From: Octopus sinensis
Taxonomy: Eukaryota
Length of the DNA: 64,000 nt
Direction of reading: 5' to 3'
NCBI RefSeq assembly: GCF_006345805.1
Contig: NC_042997.1
Coordinates: 104,160,001-104,224,000, forward strand
Part shown: positions 39,259 through 52,876 of the stretch, one piece after another
Position numbering within the stretch: the stretch's first letter is position 1
How the letters are laid out: the number at the start of each line of letters is the position of its first letter
Notes under the pieces: generated by a model
Told to the model about the DNA's origin: nothing
The model's input: the letters and a program-made list of their open reading frames with translations, nothing else
Databases searched by the model: none
Program-made: the position numbers and the translations under genes

Positions 39259-39812
39259 GAGTGAGAGAGCAGTGCATGCCATCAAAGTGACACTGGGGTA
39301 AAATATACGAAGCCCATTATACCCATCATGACTATCCGTCTGATAAGGGTACACCAGGCACATACATCACAACCATATGTGCGCGACATGGTGATCTCAT
39401 ATCAAGATAAACAGCACATGACCTTGCAGGTGGAGCCCAGTTAGAATTTTCTTCAGATCGAGTAACCCATACCGCTCAAAAGGTCCCTGAATAAGGGTTG
39501 TTTAAGGACGTTGAACGAAACACCCATGTTTCCAGAGGTGAATTATTCAAACCCCAAAGAATCCCTCTCAACACATGGCTATGATGCTCCCCCACTACTT
39601 CTGCTCGTGATCAGAGATGCACATATCGTCAGCCACTAAGGGACATGCTCAACTGGTTAAGGTCAAACAACTGACAAGCAAATCTGTGGTATTGAGCAGA
39701 ATATTTGCTGTAGCCCATCTTTTATACCAAGACAAAACAATGTACATGATAACACTTCCAATCAGTTAAGATCAGAAGCCATGAGAGCCACTGCCTGGTA
39801 CTGCATCAGGGC

Positions 39813-39815
<3 letters not shown>
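39259..39815. mobile_element. ~557-bp non-coding element embedded in (TAA)n
   Basis: Complex sequence with sharp boundaries between (TTA)n tracts at 39217-39258 and 39815-39879; no long ORF of its own. Confidence 0.55.
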
Positions 39816-39879
<64 letters not shown>

Positions 39880-39895
39880 GCCATTGTTATTATTA

Positions 39896-40110
39896 TTGAG
39901 AAAAGTAAGAATCTAAGCAAAGAGATGACGAGAACGTGTGAAACAACAATTATTTCTGCAGTAATTGATGCAGTTAAAAGGTTGAAATAGATAGGAATTG
40001 AGACAGACATAGTTGACCTGCAGAAGTGCTGCCTTGTATTCTGCAAGAATCCAAAGAAAGGTTCTTGTGTCTTGAGGAAACTTGTTATCAGCAAGCCTCA
40101 AGACAATATC
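39896..40110 (+). mobile_element. 3' fragment of another RLE-type LINE
   Basis: ...IGIETDIVDLQK / ALYSARIQRKVL, resembling the conserved R4-like C-terminus. Confidence 0.5.
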
Positions 40111-40120
40111 CTGACAACAA

Positions 40121-40528
40121 GTGGCGGAAACGTTAGCACGATGGGCGAAATGCTTAGCGGTATTTTGTCTGCCGCTACGTTCTGAGTTCAAATTCCGCCG
40201 AGGTCGACTTTACCTTTCATCCTTTCAGGGTCGATTAAATAAATACCAGTTACGCACTAGGGTCGATATAATCGACTTAATCTGTTTGTCTGTCCTTGTT
40301 TGTCCTCTCTGTGTTTAGCCCCTTGTGGGTAGTAAAGAAATAGGTATTTCGTCTGCTGCTACGTTCTGAGTCCAAATTCCGCCGAGGTCGACTTTGCTTT
40401 TAATCCTTTCGGGGTCGATAAATTAAGTACCTGTTACGCACTGGGGTCGATCTAATCGACTTAATCCGTTTGTCTGTCCTTGTTTCTCCCTTCTTTGTTT
40501 AGCACCTTGTGGGCGATAAAGAAATAAG
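40121..40528 (+). mobile_element. SINE family B dimer
   Basis: Two head-to-tail copies, the second 5'-truncated. Confidence 0.78.
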
Positions 40529-40819
40529 AAACGGAAAGATACCTATCAAATGTGTGTGTGTAATATTTTGGACAAATTGGCATATATCAAATAGTGTGCT
40601 GAGTAAAGCATGTTAACAGTTTGGGCTACCTGGTGTCATCCACGGTTGTGGGTATATTTCCGTTGGATCAATTTCCGGATTTCCGCAGTGTTAGTTGAGA
40701 TAATGATTAAGTAGCCAGAAGATGGATTTGGTATTGGTCCTTATTTAGATTAATACCAAATCCATCTTCTGCTTACTCGATCAATTATATGTATATATAT
40801 ATATATGTGGGTGGGTGGG

Positions 40820-41048
40820 TCTGTTTGTGTCTTTGTGCCAGTGTTTATGCCCTACCACCGCTTAACAACTGGTGTTAGTATGTTTACATCTTTACCACAG
40901 CGGTTCGGCAAAAGAGACCGTTAGAATAAGTACTAATCTTCAAACATAAGTTCTGGGGTCGATTTTTCCACTAAAACCCATTCAAGTCAGTGCCCCAGCA
41001 TGGCCACAGTCAAATGACTGAAACAAGTAAAGGATAAGAGATAAAGAT
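40820..41048 (+). mobile_element. SINE family A, 3' half
   Basis: Homologous tail. Confidence 0.7.
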
Positions 41049-41430
41049 ATTAACTGTGTACGAATTCAGCCTGTTTGACCTCGAATACCTCTGAGCATCC
41101 ATTGCCTAACAATCCATTTATCTATCTATCTATCTAGTTATCAATTCCTCTACATGTTTGTATGCATGTATATAATTTCAGCGATAACGTACATGTGTTC
41201 GTATGTTTATTTTACATGTGTACACATGTTTCTTTGCATACGAGAATGCATGAATATATTGCACAACACCTGAAAGCTAAACCAAGAGACCTATGAAGCG
41301 GAAGCAAGTGTATTTGAAATTTATGGGTCTTGTCATGACACTGCTAACCTTTGACTTTACACTCACTGTTCCAATTACACAACATCGCTGCAGCGGAATC
41401 TGCTATTTCTCACATCTATATTTTCAAAAG

Positions 41431-41469
<39 letters not shown>

Positions 41470-42984
41470 TTACGTTATATTATATTATAGTATGTGTGTG
41501 TGTGTGTGTGTGTATATCACGCGCACAGACACAAACACATAATGTAAAGTAGACATGAGAATTTACATTAAACAAATAATTGAACAAATACTACCAGAGT
41601 TTGATATGAGCAACTAATAGTACGAAAGAAAAAAAATTATTTTAAGATACTTGTAATCATGTCTACGTTATGTGTATATACATATGGATTAAATCATTTT
41701 GAAACATAAAAGCTTAAATAACTTCACATACTAGAACTATACATATTCACTGGATATCACACACACACGGGCACACATGCACATACACACATACACACAC
41801 ATATATATGTATGCATGTATATATTTATATAGATGTATATATACACGTCTATATATGTATTTATACTACGCATACATACATGCATACATAAATACATACA
41901 CACACATATATATAGGTATATAAATATATAGACATATATACACATGTGTAGATACATACTTACGTAGACGTGTGTATATTACGGCTGGCTTTGAAGGAAC
42001 ATTTTTTATATCTTCCTTTCTTAATATATGTTAACTTTGAAGAACATGAAGGTTCAATGCCTCAACAGTGTTTTCGTGAGTTAAGATGTAGAATGATTAT
42101 ACGAGGTTAATACGTTTAATATTTTCCATGAATTTCCATGGATTATTTCTTGATGATGAGATAACATGAGCGTTCGCAGGAAGTTTTGAATGCAGGAAAT
42201 ATTTGGCCTTATCCCAGGCCGGGACGATTTTGAAAATGTTTAACGAAATTTTTAATCGAAGTTAAGATCTTTGTGACAGGATTTGTGTTGGTAGGAGCGT
42301 AGCTCACTTTAACAAATTAATATAAATACAGATTATAAATAGCCTTATTTGTAAAAGAATGTAGAGGTATTATAAAAATATGTTTATAATGTAATGCATA
42401 ACAGTAGGGACAACAGCTTGATCTAGAGTGATAACACATACGGAATTTTGTTTCATATTCTAAATTAAGCTTATTTTCATTAGCTCTATAATATACCACA
42501 CCTAAATGTCCACTGTAACATCCAAAGATTGTTGAGGCAAGCTTAGTTATTGAGAAGGGTAATGAAGAACGTTACAAATCTGCTTCTCTGAAAAATAGAT
42601 CAATAACAACGATCATTCATTGAGGGACAGCTTAAATCTTGAAAATTCAACACATTGCTTGTATTCTAACTTTCGTATTTAATATTTTATACGTATTTAG
42701 ATCAGCAGAACGGCAGAATACTTTGAGAACCAGGCTAAAATATTTCCGTTAAAATGTTAATGTAGCAAACTTTGTCTTTCATTACTAACTGTCCGTATGA
42801 ATAAGTATCAGTAATAATCTAGAGTCGCTTCATAAAAGCATGTCGCTTCTCTGACATTTGCGACCATCACTGGTATTTAACTCCATTAACAAAACATGTA
42901 TATTTCACCCCAAATTTAATATTTTACATATAGCGTGGTACAATTTCAGTTAAAAAATAAGATTTAAAGTGAGTGGAGAAATAT

Positions 42985-43375
42985 TCTTTTCTACTCTAGG
43001 CAGTAGGCCCGAAATTTTGGGGGAGGGAGCCAGTAGATTAGAGTGACCTCAGTATGCAACTGGTACTTAATTTATCGACCCCGAAAGGCAAAGTCGACCT
43101 CGGAAGAATTTGAACTCAGAACGTAAATACAGACGAAATACCTATTTCTTTACTACCCACAAGGGGCTAAACACAGAGAGGACAAACAAGGACAGGCAAA
43201 CGGATTAAGTCGATTACATCGACCCCAGTGCGTAACTGGTACTTAATTTATCGACCCCGAAAGGATGAAAGGCAAAGCCAACCTCGGCGGAATTTGAACT
43301 CAGAACGTAACGGCAGACGAAATACGGCTACGCATTTCGCCCGGCGTGCTAACGTTTTTGCCAGCTCGCCGACTT
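42985..43375 (-). mobile_element. SINE family B dimer
   Basis: Two tandem copies. Confidence 0.75.
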
Positions 43376-43899
43376 TTGGGGGAAAATATTGATTAATATT
43401 TAAGTAACTTATAAACAATTTTAAGTAAATTAATTAATGTCACCATTTTCTTGTAATTATTGTCTGTTTTCAGTCCACCTATTCACTCCTCACTTAGATA
43501 TCGTTGCATTAATTCCATGAATTTTGTAATTGCATATCTCGACAGCCAAGTGAAACACGTCTATGCCAGATATCTACCATCAGCCCTCATATATTTCAAG
43601 TTTCACTTGAAAAGGAAGATGTGGGCGAATAGGGGAGTGCTGCTCCACCCCACTGCAATTTGTTGAATGTGATGAGCAAGATCCAAGTAAATAGTATGTT
43701 CTGAGCGTAAACATGTAGAATAGAATGGGACGGCTGGAAGTGGACACTTGCATTATTGGTCGAGCAAACCGTGAATTTTTAGGTCCTCCTATGTGGACAC
43801 TTGGAAGAATTCTTCTTTGTTTTAAATATTTCCTTATTATTAAGTTCTTTTTTACAAGTTCTGTGTAATACCGGATTGTACTGTTTTATAGAGTACTGT

Positions 43900-44860
43900 T
43901 CTCTATTTCTTGCAACCCTTTTTGGTTAATAAAGAAAGCATCATTGTCGTTCTTATTAACTTTGATCTCTGTTAGGTGATCGAGATATTAATCTCAGAGG
44001 TAGAGGCGCTAGTTCTTATATATAAATGCTCTGATTGTCGCTATGGAAACGTTTCTTCCTGGGATTCTCCAATATATCAAAATATTTTTATACAAACAAT
44101 ATTCCATAAAGTCATAGGTGTCGGACAATATATTCCCTGAGAAGAATCTATTTATTCTGTATCACTTTCCCCTGAAATTTTTAGTAGCACTCTAGCCTCG
44201 TTTATTTTATAAAGTAATACTTGGAATTGCTTCTCAGCCACACAACTGACCTGATTAAAGATGTTGTTTGAAACATCAGTGAAACATTTGCTGATCGCAA
44301 AAGAAGAGTTAATTTACGTTTCTCAATTGCTTTGTTCCGGGTATATTCAACTTCGCATGTATTTCAACTTGTATTTTCAACTTGTCCGGTGCTCCTTTAG
44401 CTTCCTACGTTCTACCATGCTGAGCCACGATCCATCTTCTGCTCCCTCGACTCATGAAATATTTCGAAGTTTTGGTTTCTGGGTAAAGTTTTACCAGAAA
44501 AAATCTTCGTTGTAGCGTCAGTGCAGCGTTTCCACGATCTGTTAATGTAGTGAGTGTCTTAAAAGCGGAATCAATTTTTGCTAGAGCTCTAACTATATTG
44601 ATGTTAACTTCACTCTGCCACAGTACATCGCCATTAAGCGGAAATAACGTTAACAAAAAAATAACCAAATCTTCCGCTCTTGATGCTTCTACTGTTATAT
44701 TTTTACTTATTACTGCTTCATTCTTTTCTTTCTTTCCTCCTCTTAGTATAAGGTTTTCAAACAATGCTTCTCTAAAAGTAATGTTTTCTTTGCATCCATA
44801 TGAGATTTCTTTTATGAAATTTTGAATGTTATATTATTACTATTGACTTTAACTAAACGT
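43900..44860 (-). pseudogene. Probable decayed Penelope-like element ORF (GIY-YIG endonuclease end)
   Basis: Reading through stops and one frameshift: YIGES (44076-44062)...RQSEHLYIRTSASTSEI..DHLTE; upstream ~140-codon open frame of unassigned identity. Confidence 0.45.
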
Positions 44861-45492
44861 TTGTCGTCTGCTCCATTGATAATCTGATAGCTTGATTAAG
44901 TAAAGTTTTATGTTCCTTTCTCCTTTGTATATTTGTTGGTCATCTTTATAAAATAGTCCCTCAACAAACTATCAAATTTATTATGTTCAAGCAAACAACA
45001 TTCAAAGCAAACATACTCCATAATACTTTCTCAAGTATTACGATTTAATTCTGAAAATTTAAATGCAAAAAAAAAAATACTAAGACATTTTTCATATCAA
45101 AGCAATCACAGGTATTTTATATGCGAACAAATCGCACGTTTCGGCTAAATACAATTTACATTTTATTTTAGCCCAATCTCAGAGCTATATCATATCCACG
45201 TTGTTCTCTTTTGCTTTTCGTCTTTTGAGTGCTACATTAAACTATTTTTATTTTTCTCGACTTCAAGACTTAAATATGTGGAAATTGGGCTGCGATAGAA
45301 TAATAGAGGTACTTTAAAACAAGAGACATATACACATAATCATACACATTCATACACATATGTACATATATATGTATATGTGCTTTTGCATATTTTTATA
45401 TATACACATATCTGTATACATACATATAAGTGTTTAAATTTATACACACACGCATATATATATGTGTGTGTATGTATGTATTTTTGTGTGTG

Positions 45493-45536
<44 letters not shown>

Positions 45537-46861
45537 CATGTATGTATATAAATTTAAATTTACAGTCTCAATTCGATATTTAGATATTCTTGCTTTTTAT
45601 GATTAGTGTTAATAAAACCGTCCCTCGTGAAGTCAATATTTTAATATACCAAGTTATTTCCTTCTTTCTTCCTGGTAGGATATTAATCATCAAGTGTAGA
45701 CAATATTCAGATATGCTCTTTATGCAGAAGCTGATCAGGTATACATTCTGTAGATCAAGACGATCTGTAGCTAAATTAAATTCGAATACACTCTCACATA
45801 TGATATCAAACTGTCTTTTAGCATCACATTCAACTAAAGATTACAAAATGGATATTTTCCTTTGGGACATGTCTCTGAAATGGATTGAAAGATTTGAACG
45901 TTTAAAACAACAATATTTAAAATTTTTTTTATTTTTACAGAAAATATTAATTTCATTTTCTTTAACCTGCTTATCCTGCTTTCAGTCCTTTTGGGTTTTT
46001 CTCAAATAGATTAAGATGGAATTACTATGAAAATCCCACATACGCTTGACATTAGGAATATATGATATGAAATCACGTATCTGCAGATATTAAATTCATA
46101 AAATGAATGAATGAATTATACAATTTCAAGCAAGAATATATGACTATAACTTAAACTCTACTTCTGGGAAATAATAAAATCATTTATTTTAGAATTGCTC
46201 CGAGTTTTATTTACTAAAGACATATTATTTATTAGAGTATATTTTTTTCAGAAATTACATTTTGTTAATAGCACAAGATACACTGTTGTGGTTTTTAATC
46301 AGTTTATTTTTATGACATAAAATGATCCTTATACTGGGATTATTATAACGCTTTTCTTTCATAATGAAGTATATAATAATATAGATTTTGAAATTATAAA
46401 CATAAAAATCTCAACGTTTTCTTATAGTTCTACATATATTTCACTGTACAGATATACTCGGATGAATTCCGCTAATATTTTTATTAGTTGCTTCTCTATA
46501 ATTAATATCAATTTTGAAAAGAAAAATGTAGACCGAGATCCGGCCTTTATTCCTAGTTAAATCATTTTATTCTCGTCACTTATAATCTTTGTAATGCATC
46601 ATTCGAAGTGATGTATGTTTAATTTCCTTAATCTCTTCCAAATATAAATTCTAACTTCGAAATTCTAACTCCTAGAGCCACATAGGATAAGATTTCAGCT
46701 CCCGTTCCTGCTTTAGTATCTTTTCTATCGTCCATAGTGTCACCACATTACACATTTTCAGTTCTTCCTCCCATGTCATAGGTCATTTTACAGCACTTTC
46801 ATAACTGTTATTTACTGTATAAAATGCCAAGTGCGAGGGTCATTGCGTACAATGAAAATTT

Positions 46862-47348
46862 GGCGCAGGCGTGGCTGAGTGGTAGGGATTTTGCTTCACA
46901 ATCATATGGCTCCGAGTTCAGTCCGACTGAGTGATACTTTGGGAAAACTTTGTAATTGAATTTGGTAGATGGAGACTGAAAGAAGCCAATCATACATATA
47001 CATATGCATATATATGTGTCTGTGTTTGTGTGTATGTCTGTCAGTCTGTCTGCGTGTGCAAATGTGTGCGTATGTGTGCGTATGTGTGTGTGTGTGAGTG
47101 AGTGTGTGTATGTGTGTGTGCGTCTGTGTTTGTGCTTGTGTTTGCCCTCCCCACTGCTTGACAATCGGAGTTATTGTGTTTACGTACCGGTAACTTAGCT
47201 GTTCTGCAAATGAGACCAATGAAATAAGTACCAGGCTTAAATAAAAAATAAACAATTACTGGAGTTGTGGCGTTAGACTAAAATTGTTCAAGGTGAGGCC
47301 CCAAATTGGCTGCAATCTAATGAATGAAACAAGTAGAAAATAAAGATA
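46862..47348 (+). mobile_element. SINE family A copy, diverged
   Basis: GGCGTGGCTGAGTGGT head, GAGTTCAGTCC box, homologous tail. Confidence 0.7.
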
Positions 47349-50300
47349 TGTTAGAAATGTGATGAAATTGTTACGGTTCACAAAAGCCTATCGAATGGCA
47401 CTTCAACATTCCAGGTCCCCTACACAGGCGTCTCGCTGTCTCCAGTCATATAAAAATACAACTGGTCTCCCATCTTTACTTTTTTGCCTTAAACAACAAC
47501 TGATCCTCCTACTTCCATTCTTCAAAATACTATTACTATCTCCCCCACCACACATAAAAATAAACATCAACATGGGAACTGCGCACAAAAACATACACAT
47601 TGCACTGACTTCATTTCTTACTCCCGTGCATGCTATGATTTCTCGACTTCCACACAAACAGCACAAATATACTTGCATATATTCGGATCTACGCTTTCTC
47701 GTATACACATATACATTAATACATACCCTCACGTAAGTTCACAGGCATAAATGCACAGACGATTTGCAACTTACAGCATATAAATGCACGCACACAACTC
47801 ACAATTTGCAACATATAAACACAACTTTAAAATTTCATCACTTCTTCCTCATAGCACTTTCACTATCAATCTCCTGTTTTGTTCGTTTCTTTCTGCAAGA
47901 AACTCTTGCCTCCACTTATTTCATTCCCACCATTAATTACTGGCTTCGTTTTCAGCAATCTAACTCCACTTTTTTCTGTTATAATGATATTTTAACACTC
48001 ATACTTATCTCTACTTCCTTATGTTTTGACAAAGACAACTTTCCGAAAAGTCTGATTGCTTCTTTTTTTTGTTTTTGTTTTTCTGCCTTTGCATGCACTT
48101 CCCTTTCTACTGCGGTTCTTTGTTTCCCACTCCTGATTGTATCTATGAGTCGCCAGGGATATATTTTCCTCGCGTAGACATTGAGCAAATCTTAATATAC
48201 TGGGTTTATTGAATATATCAATAGCGGTTTTCTTACACTTCTCACACATTTAACGAGAATATTGATTTAAAATATGCAGTAGTATATATAACCTATTCTT
48301 GTGAACAAGAGAAATTATTTTGAATCAATAACTCAACTCTATATATGCGACAACACATAATTTCATATGGAGGCATACATTATGTCGCATTTATAGAAAA
48401 TATTTTCCGTTAAGTGAGTGCTTGAGTTTTGCTGAAATTCAAGGCACATAAAAAATATTCTTGTTCTGTTATAAATAATTCTGTTATACTATTTGTTATA
48501 TTAAAGCTTTGTAATCTTTATAATAATGTCAAGACATATACTTCATATTTACAAGAAAACCTGGACTTGAATACTGCTCACGTGTTTAGAATAATAGTTC
48601 TGCACATTGAAATACCTAAGGTCACCACCCATAATTGAGTTTAGTCGGCTGATTGAGACATCACCAAGATGCTTCAAAATTTAACTTACATTCGCTTAGT
48701 TTCTTTGCGTAGACATTTCTCTTGCAACTATAAATATCGTACATGCATGCTTCTGAAATGTGCGTTTTCGGTATGCAGCTAACATGTTCAAAATTGTCTT
48801 ACATTCTTTCATTTTTTCCGGAACATCAGTCATCACCGCTTTCAGTTTTGCAAGCATCAACCTATATATGTTCAAACGAAATATCATCGACACTGATGTC
48901 ACCAGTCTGGGAGAGTCTTCATTATTCATCGGTGCAGCTGCCTTGCTTCCAAAGGGTTATATATAAAAAGTTTCTCATCTTCAAAATAATTTTTGTTTTT
49001 GTATTCAGTCGTCTCTCTCAGCCTGGATTTCTCTTGATATTGATCATTTCAATTTAGTTGTTATCAAGTAGACCTATGATCAACTACCTTCTCGTCGTTA
49101 TCAGCCAGGTTTTTTTCTCAGACATTGTCAAATATTTCCTATTTTCTAAGACAGGTTGTAGCCTGAGGGATATTTGGCTGCTATTTGTAGCAGGGTAAAT
49201 TGTCACGAAGAGAATCTATGTATAGCGCTTATGAATCTATAAATCACGTTCATATATGCATCATACCCGTGTGTGAATGTGTAATACACTCAAAGGATGG
49301 ACGTGTATGGATGCTTATGTCACTTTGGGTGAATTTATGTTCACGCGTGCATAGCAATCAGACAGTGGAGACATCTCATTCAAAAATATTCTTATTATAA
49401 ATGTCTCCAGTATATATTACTTCGAATTCTGTTTTATTCTGTTTACGAATTATTTTCTGATAAAGAATTGCTATTAAAGACAAAAGCAAAACCAAAAGAG
49501 CATAATTTAAAATAAGAATATAACAAAGAAGTAATATAACACAATAGTATCTAACGATATTATAGTTTGTTACATTTGGGTATGTTTATCGTTTTTAGCT
49601 TAATTAAAGTGATATGGGATGTTTTATTAGGAAATAATATCCACTTCAGCGAGTGGATGGTTTTACAAACCATCGCTCTTGAGAATTATAAACTTGTTTA
49701 ATATAGTTTACTAGGGCGAAAAAGATTAAGCGAAAACTGCAATTTTCGGTTAGTGCCTGTCACTAAATGAACAAACGACCGGAACATTTCGTTATTTATG
49801 TCGATCGTATCACGATTTTCCTCAGCACTATCTTTATATATATGTACATATATATATACACACACATTAGATCTTTGTTTCATTTTCTGTTAATAGAATT
49901 TTTTGTTTTATTCTTTTGTTTGGGAATGATTTTTATTTGCTTGTTTTTTCTCTTCTATTGACGTATAAGATGTTACTAATGCGTATTTTTGTTATTCGTT
50001 ATTTATCCAATTTTTTTTTTTTAGTTCATATTTAATGTCTAAACGAAAGAGAATAAAACATTCAAGTCTTTAACAAGATTTAAAGAAGTTGACATCTGAC
50101 AGCCAGTAGAAAATTAGCCGATAAAAAAAAAATACTATTTGTCCACTCTTAGAGGGTGTTCCTAATTATCGTAAAGTTGAGCTTAGATTGAGTCTCAATA
50201 CAGATAAGAATATATTTAAGAGCTTCAGTTTTTGCAGCGCGGTAGGCGTTTCTTAGAGTTGAATATATATGTATATGTAAGTACATATATACATACAGGC

Positions 50301-50885
50301 ACACACACACACACACACACACACCACACACACACACACGTATATGAAATGTTTTATTTTTCTTTCCGTATATTCTTCGCTAAGTGATAATTCTTTCCTT
50401 CTTTTACACTAACTATCAACTAACATGAGGTGTATTAAATGATTTTGTTAACGTAACATATATATTTCTGTTGGAAGGAGAAAAGAAGTAAAAGAAACGA
50501 GGAAAGGTATTTACAGAAAGATAAGAATTAGGAAAGAGTTGGAGATGAAAGGTCTGGTCTACCAGCTGTTTTCGATAAATTAAAACATCTTTGAAAGGCT
50601 GTTTTGCTATACATTTTTTCTTTTAGTGAATACCTGATTATTGTAATTTTTTTCTCCTACTGTTATATTGTTTAACAGCTTTTCAATGAATATTCAATGT
50701 CTGTATTCTGAATTAAGAATGACTGATCTCGAATACAGCATGATATTCATTAAAGCAATTTGATTGACTGCTAAGCAACATTCCTTATCACTGTTTCCAG
50801 TAGATATTAAAACTAGAATTACACGTATGTACATGTAATTATGTACATTTGTACGTATACATGTATGAATATATATGATACATGT

Positions 50886-50933
<48 letters not shown>

Positions 50934-51401
50934 TATATATATGTATATGAACGTATATGTATAACAATAAAAAGATATAAACATACACATTAAGTACAGG
51001 ACATCACCAACGAGCAACAAATACGTAACGAGAGACTCAACGAGAGACAACACACAACGAGAGAGAAGTACGTGACAAAATACCAAAAGAAATCTAACTC
51101 GTCCTCAGTTGTCGACTGTTTATTACTACCTGTTTCGTGCTTTTGACGGCAAGGTAGGAAGATTTCATAAGACAGCAGCATCCAGAAATTTTTAAAATAC
51201 AAAATTTGTGGAGAGTTAGGGCTTCGAACGAGCAAACGACACCAGGGTGGACGTACGAAAGTAAACAATTGACGAAGACAGACGTTTAGGGTCATTAGGC
51301 CAAGACGAATTGTAATGTGTAACGCCTGGGAGAAATTCTAAAAGGATATAGAATTTTGTAAGGATGTAGAAGAAATAGAAATTTTGAAAGGATATAGAAT
51401 A

Positions 51402-51458
<57 letters not shown>

Positions 51459-51459
51459 C

Positions 51460-51490
<31 letters not shown>

Positions 51491-51515
51491 ATATATATAT
51501 AATATATATTATATA

Positions 51516-51559
<44 letters not shown>

Positions 51560-52776
51560 TTATGGCATGAGGGAAGTGATAGGATAGTCTTTCAGAATAA
51601 TTGTTCCAGCCTCCTTACAAAGGTACATTTTAGCTTACAGCATGCAGGGTTTTCTGCATGGTTCTTTGTTTGTATTACATGTGTAGCATCTAGCTGACCC
51701 TAATCGAGTCGAATAATTTATTAAAGGCTTTCCCATTATTACATCTTGGCTCCTAGTACCTCAGTAACTCTATTTTCCAGCACATCATTTTTTTTTTATT
51801 TCAGACGCTTTGAGGAGATTTACTAGCTATTTCAAATTGGTCGCATGTACGTAACATTCCAGTCGTTGGCTGGTAGCTATGGTGGATATCTATTTTTTTT
51901 CACATACAGCGTGTGAAAAGAGCGTTTAGCTCGTAATAACTAATGCATGATAGTTATATTATAGATATCTTTCCTCTAGGAGCGTAAGAATTGTTAGGTT
52001 ACTAACTACAGGAAGTAGAGTTTGATTCCATTTTGCGCACATTAGGCAATCATTTATTGTACGCTCGATTCAGCTAAACACCTTGTGAATAGAATTTGCA
52101 CGACAAAAATGTATCACAACCGATCGAATATGCGGTTCCTTTTCTTATATGGTAAAATTAAGCTGTTGTGCGCTTTAATAAGACCACGTAACTCTTGGGT
52201 TCTTTGAGTGTGTCCACATTGTTATAAGTCAGCAGTTCTTGATCATGCGTTGCTTTCAACATTGGATTTAACTGTGAGAAATCTTGATATAGTATTATAT
52301 TTTGTAGTCAAAAAATAATTTCATGGGCGTAACTTTGACGGGCACAAGTTTTACATACTGACATGAAGCATAATTGGATGTGATATTCATGCTTACAAGT
52401 TTACAAGAAAATGTATGTAGCTTTCTGATCATCAACACAATCAACTGTAGATATAGTTACAATGTAAAAAAAAAATTCAAAGGCATTGAATAATAACATT
52501 CTTTACAATTATTTTAAATGAGATTCTTTATTCAGATTTATGCAAAATGTATTATAAGCTTTACTATGATTATTATGTATTCATATATCATACCACAGAT
52601 TTCAAATTTATCTTTCATCCTTTCGGGGTCGATAAAATAAAGTAACAGACAGTTACAGATGTTAATGGCTAATCTCTACGCTTGAAATTATTATTCCTTC
52701 AATTTTACAGTGAATCGTTTGTCATCAACTTATCAACTCCTACGAAGTTGCTGGCGTTGTGCCAAAATTTGAAACC

Positions 52777-52806
52777 ATTATATTATTATTATTATTATTA
52801 TTATTA

Positions 52807-52873
<67 letters not shown>
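52777..52873. repeat. (TTA)n tract at the 3' flank of the R4-like element
   Basis: Direct inspection. Confidence 0.97.

Positions 52874-52876
<3 letters not shown>

Noticed and set aside
39445-39465. TCTTCAGATCG resembling part of U5 snRNA
   Set aside because: Only an ~11-nt match; no U5 loop I or Sm site.
43531-43566. GCATA-TCTCGACAGCCAAGT-GAAACACGTC-TATGC hammerhead-like string
   Set aside because: Stem I and GAAAC..GUC fit, but the CUGANGA core and stem II are not intact. It is also on the strand opposite the adjacent PLE-like ORF.
45590-46009. 139-aa ORF in non-repetitive AT-rich DNA
   Set aside because: No recognisable domain or splice structure; the length is compatible with chance.
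47979-48249. Two overlapping K/R-rich minus-strand ORFs
   Set aside because: Composition is driven by poly-T tracts; no motif recognised.
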